This document shows, piece after piece, positions 37,292 through 50,729 of a DNA stretch of 64,000 nucleotides. The notes beneath the pieces were generated by a model that was given only the letters and a program-made list of their open reading frames with translations, searched no databases and was not told where the DNA came from. Numbering within the stretch: position 1 is the first letter of the stretch; each line of letters opens with the position of its first letter. The position numbers and the translations under genes are program-made. The stretch is from Entomortierella parvispora E1425 (Eukaryota; Fungi; Mortierellomycota): NCBI GenBank assembly GCA_020891255.1, contig BQFW01000003.1, forward strand, positions 1,550,001 to 1,614,000. Reading direction: 5' to 3'.

Positions 37292-38599
37292 GGCGCCCTG
37301 AGGCATCCAAGGCTAGGAATCCAGAAAAGGGGGGCGAGGCAGAGGAGATGCTTCGTCAAAGGAAACCGAGGTTGCAGCGGATGGAGAGGGGAGTTGGGAA
37401 GGAAGGAAGAAGGAAGGAAGGAAGAAGGAAGGAAGGAAGAAGGACGGGACAAGGAAGAGAGAAGAGAGGATCTCTTTTTCGTTTCTTTCTCGGTCAATGG
37501 AGGAAAGAAAGAAAGAGAAAAAAAAAAAAAAAAAAGATCTTTTGTTGTCCGTCGGTCTATGCGTGTGTGTGAGTAAGTGAGTGTGAGTGTGTGTGTCCTG
37601 CTCTCTTTCTTGCTTGCCGTCTCTCTTTCTCAGCCGTGTTGGAATGTAGGAATGAATGAAGAATGAATGGATGTATATATGAACAGACTAGAGAGATGAT
37701 CATTGATCCATTCTCCCATCCTGCCGAGGGGCCATCCCCACTTTCCACTCTTCCCCACGCAGCCAAGCAGGAACAACGGCAGGAACAGCGGGCAAGAAAT
37801 GTAATAGAAATAAAGAGAATAAAAAAAGGACGCGCAAACCCCCTGTGTTTTTTTGGCGCTCTATGGGCGTGTCGCCGGGAGAACAGGTCGAGCTCGTTTC
37901 GAACACACGCACAGAAGCAATGCAGCAGTGCAGCAATGGTGAAGCAGTGAGGCTGTTGGGGGGTCGTCTTCGCTTCCTCCACTTCCAGACTGGACACAAC
38001 AGAGGCACAGACCCTGTCGTGGGTCGCTCGCTCGCTCGCTCTCTTTTTCTCCTTCCCTCTGTTTGGTCATTTTGTGCTCTCTTTCTCTCTTTTTATTTCT
38101 CTGTCGCACTGTCGCCAGGTGGGCGTTGCGGGCCCACATGTCGAAGGAGAGGAGACAGCAGACGCGCAGTTCGTACCAATCCTGTTCTGCCTCTGTCGAA
38201 TCATTAAGCAGACAAAGCAACCAAGACAACAGACGGACAGTCGCAGGGGGATCATCAGCCACCACTGTCTGTACCCTCACAAATACCTCGCTCGTCCCCA
38301 CTCATTCATTCATTCACGCACGCCAAGGGGTTCAGGCGCGTCGTCTCTTACCCATTGTCAGGCCAATTGAAGATACAAGGAGAGATTGGAAGTAAAGATT
38401 CTATTCTACCAGACGCGACCCTTTTTCCGGATGGGGCCTTTTTCTCCCTCTTTCTGTACCCTACCCTCTGTTTTACAGACACGTCTCTTTCTTCTCCCTC
38501 TCTTCACAACCCTTTCCTTTACTCAACCCATAGCAGGACCCCTTCCGACTGTCGCCTCTACTCATCCTCAGACCCAGTTAACTAACCCAATCCTTCACA

Positions 38600-41313
38600 A
38601 TGCGTTGCACTCAGCGACTCCCATTGTTCCTCTCGGTTCTCGGTAAGGGGGTAGTAAAATTGTCATTCCCGCGTACCTTTTATGTCCTACAGGCACTGAA
38701 ATCGCATGTCCTGACAAGAGCATCATCCCTCTTCGTTACCTCTTAGCCCTGCCGATGATCATCCTCACTGGCGCTGGTAAGTAATGACAACGTTTGTAAC
38801 TATGCCGGACTTTTCTCTCGCCATACCATCTTCCTCACCTGCTCTCCTCAACATCATCATTTCTTCCTCCCTTCCTTTCTTCACCTCTCCTCCCCACTGC
38901 CCCACGCTAGTTGCACCAAAGGATCTTGAAAAAGAAAACGTAAATGTTGAGCCATGGCAACTCCGAGCCCATGGTCACAACCATCTCGGCAAGGTCTACA
39001 AAGAGATCAACATTGATCTTCATAAAAAGACTGCCGCCGCTCCAAAGGGCAAAAAGAACCAAAAGAGCAACAAGAAGCTGAAGATCCAGAAGCGTAAAGT
39101 CAATGGGGACTCTGGACGTGCTTTTGCTCAAGCCGCGTTGGATGAGGAATCGAAGGCCCATGCCGGCTTGGAGCCTGAGCCATGGCAACTCCGAGCCCAC
39201 GGTCACAACCACCTCGGCAAGGTCTACAAAGAGATCAACATTGATCTTCATAAAAAGACTGCCGCCGCTCCAAAGGGCAAAAAGAACCAAAAGAGCATCA
39301 AGAAGCTGAAGATCCAGAAGCGTAAAGTCAATGGGGACTCTGGACGTGCTTTTGCTCAAGCCGCGTTGGATGAGGAGTCGAAGGCCCATGCCGGCTTGGA
39401 GCCTGAGCCATGGCAACTCCGAGCCCACGGTCACAACCATCTCGGCAAGGTCTACAAAGAGATCAACATTGATCTTCATAAAAAAATTGCCGCCGCTCCA
39501 AAGGGCAAAAAGAATCAAAAGAGCAACAAGAAGCTCAAGGTCCAGAAGCGTAAAGTCAGCGGGGACTCTGGACGTGCCTTTGTTCAAGCCACGTTGGATG
39601 AGGAGTTGAAGGCCTATGCCGAATTGGAGCCCGAGCTCTGGCAACTGCGTGCCCACGGTCACCACCACAATCTTCAACAACAAAAGCAGGGTCAACAACA
39701 AAAGAAGCAACAAAAGAAGGAGTCCAAGAAGACTGTTCAAAAGTCTTCAAAAAAGGCGAGTCAATCCGGTCAGAAGAAGGACAAGCGAGACATTCAGGAG
39801 GAGGAGTATGAACTGCACCCCCTACAACAGCAAAAGATCATGGCTATCGATGATGAGGTCGATATCGCCCATGACCACAAGCACAAGCATCACAAGCATC
39901 ACAGGAACCGTGAAGAGGAGGAGCATGACAAGTACGATGTCGACCCAGCTGATGAACTTGCTGAAGAATACGAGAGGAAGCACGGAGGAAAGGGCGCTGC
40001 TGACATTGACAATGAGGGTGACAAGAAGGATGGCAAGGCTCCCAAGGAAGGAAAGGAAGGAAAGGAGGGAAATGAGGGTGGAAAGGCCCCAAAGGAGGGT
40101 AAGGACGGAAAGGCTCCTAAAGAAGGCAAGGATGGAAAGGCCCCCACGGAAGGCAAGGACGGAAAGGCACCCAAGGAGGGTAAAGATGACAAGGTCCCTG
40201 CTGATGGAAAGGCCCCCGCTGATGAGAAAACCCCTGTCGACGGCAAGGCCCCAGCAGCAGGAAAGCCCATCGCCGGTGCTACACCCCCAGCCCCAGCAGT
40301 CGCCAAGCCCGCACCCATCATCCCCGTTCAGCACATGGGCGAGTTCTTGACCAAGTGCAACACTCCTGGACAGGTTGCCCTGACCTTCGTACGTATCAAT
40401 TCAAAAACAAAAGAAAAGGCACGCGTTTTGGTGGCGTCCAATCTGATACTAACATTCATGTTGCAACAAAAAAAAAAAAAAAAAATAGTCCGAGGGACCC
40501 AGTGAGGCTACGACCCAGATGCTCGAGATCCTCAAGGAGGCCAAGGCTCGCGTCACTTTCTTTGCCAATGCCACTTGGCTCGAATACATGCAGTACGCTG
40601 GTGTCACCCGCCGCGCCTACACTGACGGCCACTTGATCGGTATGACCTACCGTATCCCCAACGACTCTTCCAAGGGCATGACCGACGCTCAGCTTCGCGC
40701 CGATATTGCCAAGCAAGCCACCAAGATCTTTGAGCTCATTGGCAAGTACCCCAAGTACGTCCGCCTCCACGATGCAGGTCTTAAGGATCCCAAGCTCGAG
40801 CCAGCCATGCGCGACATGGGTTACACGCTTGTTGGCTTCAACTTGGATCAGGCTGATTACAAGTTCCACACGCGCGAGGAGGCACCACAGATCGCTTCCA
40901 TTTACGAGTCCACCTTCACCAAGCAGTTTGATGCCTTTGGTCGCAAGGGATCCTATGTCGTTGTCGGCTATGACATCCCCGCCTCTGGTGCCGCCGCTGC
41001 TTTGCCCGATATCGTTTCCACCATTATCCGCAACGACTACGACATGGTCCGCTTAGATGGTTGCAACAATGACAAGACCCCTTACAAGAAGTCGGCCATG
41101 TTGAATGACGGATTCGTCAGTGACGAGTTCTCGTTTGGTTCACCCAAGTATGTCCACGGTCAGTCTCCCGTCGCTGTTCAGAACGGAAAGGCAGTTCCCG
41201 GAAAGATGCCCGCCAAGGTCGGCCAAAAGACCGCAGCGGCTTCCTCCCTCTCCGTGACCTCGGTCGCCACTGCAGTCTTTGCCGTTGTCTTGGCCGCAAC
41301 CTTGGCCTTTTAA
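38600..41313 (+). CDS. Chitin/polysaccharide deacetylase (CE4/NodB)-like cell-surface protein with N-terminal repeats and a GPI-like tail; catalytic motifs degenerate
   Basis: CNTPGQVALTF|SEGPS...KARVTFF...GHLIGMTY...IGKYPKYVR; hydrophobic C-terminus VATAVFAVVLAATLAF; introns about 38777-38910 and 40390-40488. The 5' exons are tentative. Confidence 0.8.
38949..39666 (+). repeat. 228-bp (76-aa) coding tandem repeat, 3 full copies plus a partial one
   Basis: CATGGCAACTCCGAGCCC recurs at 38953, 39181 and 39409 and in degenerate form near 39637; only a few substitutions between units. Confidence 0.95.
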
Positions 41314-43149
41314 TTTTGCAGTGATTCCGCTTGGTTTCACTCTTCTCTCTTTCATTCCCCTTTCTGTCATTCAAACAAGCTTGGATACTCAATTATACCC
41401 CTTGGAGGCTGGTCGTCTCTGTGGATCCTTTTCTGGTTTTTGCTCCCTATTGCAAAAACGAAACGGACAAGATATCCCGTTACCCCCAGCCTCTCTCATT
41501 CAATGAGCTATCCTCCCTCTTTTCCCCTTCGTCCTGTAAATAAATCTGTTCCTTTGTTGGGTATAAACAGTGTGAAGCAAGAAGACAATGCAATCATCAA
41601 AGGGCAGGGAAACAAAAGACTTACTTTTTTTGTGGTCCTCGGTGCCTTGTTGTTTCGGCCCTCTTTTGTTTTCTCATTCCTTATAAGTTTTCGCTCATTT
41701 GTCTATCTCTTGCTTCCTCATTCCCCATAGTCACAGAATACATCACACCTACTTGCCCACGCACCTGAGGCTCTGCACATTCCTGCACTCTCTTGCACCC
41801 TGCCGTTTTCCTGTTCATAGTATGGAGTTCAGAACTCAACCAAAGCACCTGTAGCCTACACTAATCCTCATCCTAAACCTCAGCAGAAGATGCGCCAAAA
41901 CCCCTCCACTTCAATGCGAGCTTGTACCCGCCGTTTTGCTACATTTCAAACAAACGGCGGGTCCTTTGATTTGCGCAGTCGCCAACTTTGCAAGACATGG
42001 GCAATACTTGGAGCTTTCGCAATTGTAAGCAAACGTATATCCTACAAGAAAATGAAAAAAAGAAGTGAACTTGTTTTTAAGAGACTTCATTGATTTTTTT
42101 TTTTTTTTGCTTGTTGATCCCGTTGTCATCGACGACAATCCAAGGCGGCCTTCTATATGAGACTCAAGACCACATCCCGTCTTGATGAACATGACTATAC
42201 CATCTGTCTTCTGACAGGTTTCTTAAAGGACGACACAATTCAAGAGTGACAGGTGCACCAACGAAATTCAGATTTTTGATCTCATATCTGGCTTTCGCCA
42301 AAACCTCAAACACTCATGCCTACTCTAGCTCTCTTCGATCTTTTGCCAGACATCCACTTGGTCGACAAGAGAGAAAGTCAAGAACTTTCCAATCATTGCA
42401 AAAGGACATGGACTGGTGGAATGAACGGCCACTAGTCTGTTCTCTCGTTCGATCTCATTCGAGTCAGGTCTCAAAAGAAACAGGACACTCAAACTACTCA
42501 TGGATGAAGCTGGTCCAAGTTCTCTACGGGGCCATCTTTTTCTTAATCGGAATACACGAATGGGAGGAACTGAAACATCCCCCCCCTCCCCCGTCAACTG
42601 ACGTTGACACCGGCTCTCCCTCTTGATGAGAATCCCTTTAGTTAGCCTTCGTCGACCTTCTCTTGATTCTCATTGTATTTCTCAATCGTCTGTGGCGACA
42701 CCTGGGACTCAAATCCCAGCTTGCCAATCTAGGACAGTGTCTGACATAATCCGGCCTTGCCCCTCTTTTAAGCTTGGCCATGGACCACAGTCTCCCCTTT
42801 CATGATTCCAATGACGACGAAACACACCCCGACTTACGTTCAAATACAACTTTTCTTTACCCGACCTTTCAAGCACTTCTTTTGACGTACTCGAGAAAAC
42901 TCCAATGATTAGAACAGCCTTTTCACTTTATTCTTGAGAAAGGGACCAATGGCGTTCGGTTCATAGCTTCGCCTTCTGCCTCGTGTATTGCTTATGATGT
43001 TGGCCCCTTTTCTAACAGCTTCAAACCTCGATTTTCGGGACGTGTCTTCTCAACCGCTCTGTGCCTTGCTGTCACCCAAAAGGAAATTAAATGATATTCC
43101 ACATTGTGTTCTCATCTTTTTGCTTTTATTCGTTTTCTCAGGAGAACAT

Positions 43150-45725
43150 TTACGAAGGCTGGAAGCCGGTATAGTTGGAATAGCCATGGAAACAGTGGTC
43201 CTAAAGAGAGAAATGAGACAAAAAAAAAAAAATCAAAGTCAGTAAACAGACACTTTTTTTTTTGGACTTCAGAATTGATGACAACAAAAAAAAAAAAGAA
43301 CTTACCAGAGCATCCGCATTTGTGGGAGTATCTCCAGAGGGGTTACCCCACCAGATGGGCATTTTAACATCTGGCATATTAAGACAGAAGAAGATGAAGA
43401 GACCCGAGACGGCCACACCCGTATCCAGGGCAGCCGAGGTCAAGTAATTGTAGCGAGACCACCAGTTGTAACGGTAACGTCTCAACCAATACATAAAGAT
43501 GAAACCGAGGGCCAGACCGTTCGTATAAAAGTAGGGCAGGGCTGGGGGCATGTTGGAGGTAGCGGCCAAGAGCACGGGCCAGTGGACATGCTTCAACCAA
43601 CCGACATTAGGGAACTTCTTGGTAGCGTACCAGAAGGGGATAGGCAAAAGAATACCGACCAGGAAACCCCACTGAACGCTCGAGTACAGGGCACCATCCT
43701 TGTTACCAAAGACACGGGCAGGACCAATGGCTCCCCAAATGACCGAGGCAGAGTAAAAGGTGTTGGTGGAACGGCAAGTCCAGGGATAACCATCTCTGTG
43801 ACAAATGTTCTTCTGGGTATTGACAAGCCAGGTCGCGGTGGCCAAGTTGATGGTCGAGGCAATGACGGTCGATACCAGCTGAGCGTGGAACATGATTCTT
43901 GGTGGAATCTTCATGTAATGACCCAGCTTCAAGTCTGATGTGAAGTTGAGGGCCTGGGTGTTGACCTGATTTTGTTTGCGAAAAAAAGTTAATGAGAAAA
44001 CCGTGTTTTAGCAGGCAAATTGCTTGGACTCGAATGCTTTTGGAAGCAACATCAAGGCGGGAGGGGGGATACTTACAATATAACCATAGGTCTTAAAAGT
44101 AACATTGGCAATGGCGTGTCCGGGAAGCAAGTAACCGATAACGTACTCGGTGACGATGTTAAGACCAGGCTGCTGGTTAGTAACAGCCTGGACGATTCCG
44201 ACGGGCAAGACAAAGACAATGGCAATAGCCATGGCCAGGAAGAGGGCCCACCAGGGCATGTATCCCCAGACAATGCAGGTCACCAACGACAATCCAAAAG
44301 TCAAGACAAACAACAAGCCGTACCACCAGTCAGGGACCTCGGGGTAGACGCGCATCAAACGAGAGTGAATATCCTCGTTCTCAGCACGGGCGTTTTGCCA
44401 TCTCTCACGGATCTCGCGACCGTTGTAAAGAGCCACGTGGACCAAAGTAGCAGTCAAACCAGCGAAACCAACTCCGTAGGTCAGGGCAAAGAATGAATCC
44501 ATGCGCATGGGCCCATACCGGAGGTATGATTCCTCATCAAAGACCTGGTTGACCAAGATCTGCTCCTTATCGTAGAGCTCGCCACTCTCGAGGTAAAGTT
44601 CGGCAGAGATGATGGAGTAAGCCTTGCTGTTCCACAAGTTGGCGTAGTAAGCCCAAGGAACCATAACATAGGCGACAAGGATCAAGCCAACCAAGATGTT
44701 GACCTGGGCGAACCAAGGAGTGACCAAAGGCTGAACGTAGGCTGAGGCGGCAGACCAATCCAAAGTGATAGTGCCAATTCCGAGTCCGTTCGATCCTGTC
44801 AACTGGGCCAACACAATATTGTCGGGCTTGATCCAGCAGATCCAGGAAATGAAGCCGATCGTTGGGAAAATAAATCCGGGGAAGAAGTACCAGATGAACG
44901 AGGCCAACGTAAGCAAAAGGAAATACTTCATGCGGCCCATACGACCATTGTCCTCGGCGTGCACATACTCGACATGCAGGGAGCGGAAGAGTGAGGCAGT
45001 GACGAGAGTCGAAGGCCAGATCATGTGTGCAGGACGGACCAAGAAGCGACGGATGGCACCGGCAAAGGCAAAGCCAGTGACCTGGGTAGTCAAGACCAAC
45101 AAAAGTCCAGCAATAAAGGGCTTCTTGTCTCCGTAAAAGATCTCTTGCAGAATGACAATATCAACAGCATATGCAGTGTACATGTTGCAGGCGGTCATGG
45201 TACCGATAAGAACGTGCTCCTTGATGGAGAAGGGACCAGGGTTGAGAGAGAATTGCCAGCCAAAGATCGAAAACTGTCGAGTGGGCAAGATACGAGCCAT
45301 CAAGTGACCCATGGGCAGGGAGATCAAGGCCACAACGGCGTAACCGATCGTGATTGACGTTTGACGGAGGTAGAAGAACATGTTCACGAAGGCAATAATG
45401 GCCGTAAACAAGAGACCCAGGAACCACATGCGGAAGGTGTTGCATGGTATGGATGGGTCATCAGTGTCTTTTTTTTTTTTTTTTTTTTTTTTCAAGGAAA
45501 TAAAAGGGAGACCGTTAGTGATCCTGTTTGTTGAGAAGATTCTTTGCGCACAGGAATAATACTGCAGTATGATCAAGAGCACTTACTGGGAACGGTGACG
45601 CGAACCTCCTCAATGGGCGAATCATCCTCTTCGGAAAGCTCGACGTGGCGTTCAATATCGGCAGCCTCGATCTTTTCGTCAAACTTTTCATCCCCGTAGG
45701 GGATCTCTTCTTTGACGTTGGCCAT
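43150..45725 (-). CDS. OPT-family oligopeptide transporter, 4 exons
   Basis: EEDDSPIEEVRVTVP, NPGPFSIKEHVLI, MIWPSTL, YPEVPDWWY, FKTYGY, KLGHYMKIPPR, WWSRYNYLTSAALDTG. Confidence 0.93.
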
Positions 45726-48369
45726 AAGGAAACTCGGCAGTTTACTCTTGGACGAGGTGTGTATGTATCTGTGAGTGCGACAAGGGAAGTGACGGACTGG
45801 TGTGGGTCAGCGTCTCAATGCCGAAAGGAGGAGAGGAGGAGGAGGAGGAGGGGAGGGCGAGGGAGTATGAAGGTGTTGTAAGGAAGCACACAAAGACCAA
45901 GTCAGAAGAAGAGAAGAGAGAGACGGCCATGGGAGAATTCCCGTTTTATACTCGAGCTCAAAGACGAAAACGACAGGGCCGTCAAGGTCGAGCAAAAGAA
46001 CAGCGCCATCCCAGGGAAAGAGGGGCTGTCAGGAACAACAAAAAGTCAACTGACCACTAGGGTTCCGCCGGTACAATGCAGTCTGTGAAGAAGAAAGGCC
46101 GGATTTGGGGCCTTTTCTCGGTATGGTATCAGTGTTTGGCTCTGTTTTTAATTGAATCATGAATCATCCGTGGACCCATATCAGAGCTCACAAGCGTGTT
46201 CTCTCGGATAAGATGTACGGCTAACTAAGTTCACTCGAGTCCTTTCCTATCAGTTTACCTTGAGGAGACAGAGCGTACAGAGTCCGGGCAGAGTAGACAG
46301 GTAAAAGAAAAAAAACGTTTTGGTTGTCCTCTTTCAGCCTGGCTCGAAACTCTCCTCAAGCGCAATGGACACCAAAGAAGAGATACATGAGAACTTTAGG
46401 CACTGTCCGAGGGAGGCACGCGCTAATGCAGGAACCCACCGTCCAATCGCCTTCTCTTGTCGGAGACTTCTCCGGCCGAATGTAGAAGGAGCAACACGGA
46501 AGACAACCGAGGCTCAGAGTCTAGAATCCCCGAAAACGATGCTTGAAGTAGTGTTTGTGCGCAGGGAGACGGGTGACTGGCGCGAAGGCCGTGAGCAAAT
46601 TACCCTAAATGACCAAGATTGAGGTTGCCTAACAACCAACGTTGGCCGTTTACACGCCGCTGGGACTCAAACTGGACAAAGGCTCATAGCCAGGATGCTC
46701 TTGGTCCTCGGTAAAAAGATAATGGCAGGGATTGCGTCTTTCCCTGTAAGTGCTTAACGCAAGGCTCATTGAGGTGCCTTGGAATGAATTGAATGGGTTA
46801 TAGTAATCCCCTCTTTCATCTCTTGGCACCACGGCAGGAAGAAGGTGGGAACAAAACAAAAGGGCTTAATTTGGTGACCACTGTCCAAGTTTGAGCAGAG
46901 CTTGGGTTGCAAAGAGGAAAATGTTCAAGAGCAAAAGAATGAATAAAAAAGACGACAACCCAGGGAAGTCCAACAAAAAAAACTGGAGAGCAAGAACAAC
47001 GCTTTCTGTGCAACCACAAGTCTAAGATCGTTTCCCGGGAACTGCAGTAGCGCTTTTTTTCTGTGCCCCCCTTCTTCTTCTCTGCTGCTTGAGCTTTTTT
47101 TTTTGCACCGTGAGCAATTGCGCACAAAACTCTGTTCTTTTATGAGTGGGTTCCTTTCTATCCCGTCTTTGGGACCGATACACATCTTAAGCTTGGCTGT
47201 AGAAGGATCATCTTACCCACGTCAGAAGGGCGGACCAGAGGGCGTAGCTGAACATCAAAGATGGTTTAATGACGGCCATCAACAGCAAAAGCAACGAAAA
47301 CAAAGAGGAACACTCTCGACGCCGCATTTGAACCGAAAATAATAAATGGAGATCTCTTTTTCTGTTCGGGGGGATTTGTGTGTGAGCCAAAGTTCCCATG
47401 GTCAAAGACTGTCCTTGTCCGCGTGCAAAAAGAGCCAGTTCAATCCCCCCGGCAGAACTTCCGCTTCGTGGTAATTAGCGCCATGGAGGGAGAATAACAT
47501 GAACAAACAAAGAAGAAACAACAATAACCTTCGACAGCTGGTCACCAAGGAGGCGGACCATTCGCGAAGAGAAGGTGCCTGCAGCCAATGAGAGTCAAAA
47601 CTGGATTGCGGCGCTTGGGGTTGCGCATGACTCTGTGCCATACAGTTCTTTTTGGATATTGGAGATGAAAAAGAAGGACAGGACCTTCCCAAACTGGAAT
47701 CAATATCAACATGGCTCTTCGCCAAAGAGAGTCATAATGCAATGTTCTCTCTGTCTCTTCGGCACTTGCGCCACTCGGAGCCAAGCGAGGGCATCGCTAA
47801 CTGAGAACTTCGATCTGTGTGGATGGGACATATTGATCTGCCCACGCGCCCACTTGACCAAGAGACAGCGAAAATTCATTTGCGCATTGTTCCGAAACAT
47901 GATGGTGGCGGCGTTCAAGGACCCAGACAAGTTCTGTTCCTTCGAGAACGATGGCACAATTTGGACAATGTGGCTGATGATGGGCTCAGTCCAGAGCTCG
48001 ATCGGATGACTATATACAAAGCGGGGAAGGATCGACCTCGCGTCCTACATGAGACACAGATGGACCTACAGTCCACTCCACAAGGATATTGCAACTGGAA
48101 TAGCTAGAAAGAAGAATAGAGAAACGTCATGCCGAGTGGGCTGAGCAGCCGTGGCGGTCTCATGTGACCTATCTGAGAGCCGATCGACTCTATGCTTTTC
48201 GAGGAATGTAGCGAGAGCCGCTAGCTTCGCCATTTGCATTTGACAGATCGATGAAATGGCTGAGTTCGCCTGTCAGTGCCAGACTCCAGCCAGCCACATA
48301 AAAAGGAAAAGGCCGAAGAGGATCCCTGTCTGAACCGCACTTGTACCCCCTCAAACACACGTACACACG

Positions 48370-49033
48370 ATGGAGCCAGAGATCAACGACCCTCCTCAGG
48401 ACAATCACAATCCACCTCAGCCAGCAGCAAGGGAAACGTTTCACTCATTGTGCATAGCCATTGCCATCATGGGCAGCGTTCTTTTCCTACTCGACACCAC
48501 CTATGGCATGGTAGTCAACAAAGGGTTGCCCTCCTTTCATCACGGCCCTTCGACCACCATTCTCCTCGCGTACTCCTTTAGTTTTCTCTTTCTTGCCGAC
48601 CTCTTTGCCATTGCTCTAGCTTCTTTTAGCTTCCGTATCATCATCCTCTCCTGATCCAATTCTTGGACATGAAAATCCTTTTTTTTTTGCCGCTGCTGGT
48701 CAGGACTGTGGTGATGATCTCACCCTTTCAAGATGTTGGTGCCCCTCAGGACTCAAATACTATATCACTGTCGAGGCGGCCGAGCCCTTCTTTTGTGGCT
48801 TCTCTCATAAAAAGCAGAAGCAACAAGCACGGTACGATACGAGGGGATCCAGATGGCCACATATAAGAGAGCCGTTAGGATGGCGTCAAACATCGACATG
48901 CTATTTTGACGCATCCATAAGCAAGAACTAGTAGATGATGGCGCCAACTTGGACTGCCAATTGGCTACCCTGTCCACTCTCTTGAAGACAAAGGGAATAG
49001 TCTTGAGATACTCTGCCCACAATTGAAATTAAA
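48370..49033 (+). pseudogene. Decayed paralogue A of a small multi-TM protein family
   Basis: Shares the promoter CACATAAAAAGG(A/G)A(A/G)GGCC, the start ATGGA...GAGAT and LCIAI with 50730, and a 3' tail with paralogue B; the frame is broken after 48654. Confidence 0.5.
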
Positions 49034-49339
49034 GAAAAACAACAACATTTCGCTGCCAATCTTTCAATTGAAACTGATTCACAAAAGGACCACACTTTTA
49101 GCGTCAAGGATATGGTCATTTCTTTGCCGCCACCACCGCGTTACCCTGGAAGCTGGTTCAGTTCCCAGGACACGTTCGACCTTTACAAGGTATAGTTTCG
49201 GTCTGTATTTGTTGCTGATGGGCTTAATTTGGGGTCGTCTGGGTTATGACAGAGCAAAACCACTGGCTCGATCCACTTGCCTTTCTCACACCATGTTACG
49301 ATAAGTTATATAGAAAGAAGAATTTCCTAATTATCGCAA

Positions 49340-49978
49340 ATGCTATTCTTCCTTCTTTCTGTCGCAAATGCTTCGTTGGATCAGTCCTCATGGCGGGTTG
49401 CATTTCGAACAGCAATGTCGACTAGCAAAAAGTCATCCCCTTCACCTGGGACCAAATGGGTTGCGCTCCCCTCGTCGAAGAGCATCGATTCATGTCATGA
49501 AATCAAAGATTCTTTCTTTTTGCCCAACTCGTCAAAAAAACTGACAACCACACATCCGTCTCGCAACGCAACACTTACGATGGAAAGAAGAATTCTCTTC
49601 TTTCTATCGCAGATGCTACGTCTGGTCCATTTGGCGCCTGGCGAGGGAACAAAGGGAAAGTCACCAAAAGAAAAAAGTGCAAATGAGAATCTGAAAGCGA
49701 CGTCTTGCAAGATCCAGCGATCCCGATTCGTGTTCTGCTGGTTCATGCTCTTCTTGGTGCTGATCGAGCTGGTGGTCTATATTCGGTCGGATGTGGGCAC
49801 GAGAGCTTGGGTGGAACGCAACACTGGTATGTCGTTTGATGCATCTCGGAGCCCATACCAGTACCCGAGTCATGGCAGTGCAATCTCGGATTGTCAATGG
49901 CCCACCCTGTCTGCTCATGAAGAAAAAGATGGAAAAACGCGTCTTTTACATGCCGTGTCACCATATACCCACAATTGA
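49340..49978 (+). CDS. Paralogue B of the small membrane protein family (5' part diverged)
   Basis: SCKIQRSRFVFCWFMLFLVLIELVVYIRSDVGTRAWVERN is closely similar to 51263-51598. Confidence 0.45.
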   Translation: MLFFLLSVANASLDQSSWRVAFRTAMSTSKKSSPSPGTKWVALPSSKSIDSCHEIKDSFFLPNSSKKLTTTHPSRNATLTMERRILFFLSQMLRLVHLAPGEGTKGKSPKEKSANENLKATSCKIQRSRFVFCWFMLFLVLIELVVYIRSDVGTRAWVERNTGMSFDASRSPYQYPSHGSAISDCQWPTLSAHEEKDGKTRLLHAVSPYTHN

Positions 49979-50729
49979 AATTAAAGACACAAAAAAAAAA
50001 AAAAGCTCGTCGCCACGCCTTGCTCAGATCAGCTCGCTTGTCCGATCCTTACAAGATGTATTTAGATACAGTAGTGTGGCTGATGGCTGAAATGAGCTCA
50101 ATCTAAAGCCTCCCGGACGTTGACATAGCAGAGAAGGGCCGGCCAAGGGCAATGTATGGCGCACAACTGACCACAGGAGATGATGAGTTGAGGGACATCT
50201 AGAGCTGGTATCGATAACGAACGTAAAAGTCTAGTAGTCGACATTCGACCGCTTGTTGAGCTTCAGAAAACAAGAACGGGGGGGCAATCCATCTTGGACA
50301 TGGGCTAGTTGGATGTTCCAAGCAGAGTAGTAAGGAACGCGCCACCGCGTTCCTCTTCCACAAATAGGTCCTGCTGAGTGAGACTTACCAAGCGGCTGTG
50401 GCCTTTTCACGAAACAACTCTTAGTGCCAGCCAACTCTATGTTGTGCATTCGAGGCAACAAGGGATAGAAGCAATAGGTAGGGCCGGAGGGATGTAAACT
50501 TTTTCGTCCTAGAAGTTTCAAGGTGTTAAGCTCCACTATTGTGTCATTGCATTTTGGTGGAACTTCGATGGAATGACCTGACTGAGTTGGGCTGTTGGTG
50601 TCAAACCATGTCTGACCGTCTCTTCACATAAAAAGGGAAGGGCCTCGGGGAACCAACTCCATCATCCAACCCGCACGCAGTTACTACTTCGCTCACAAAC
50701 ACATTTACAGACAAACACACTCGCACCGC

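Noticed and set aside
41890-42805. Short ORFs between the deacetylase-like gene and OPT
   Set aside because: No motif or consistent splice model could be supported.
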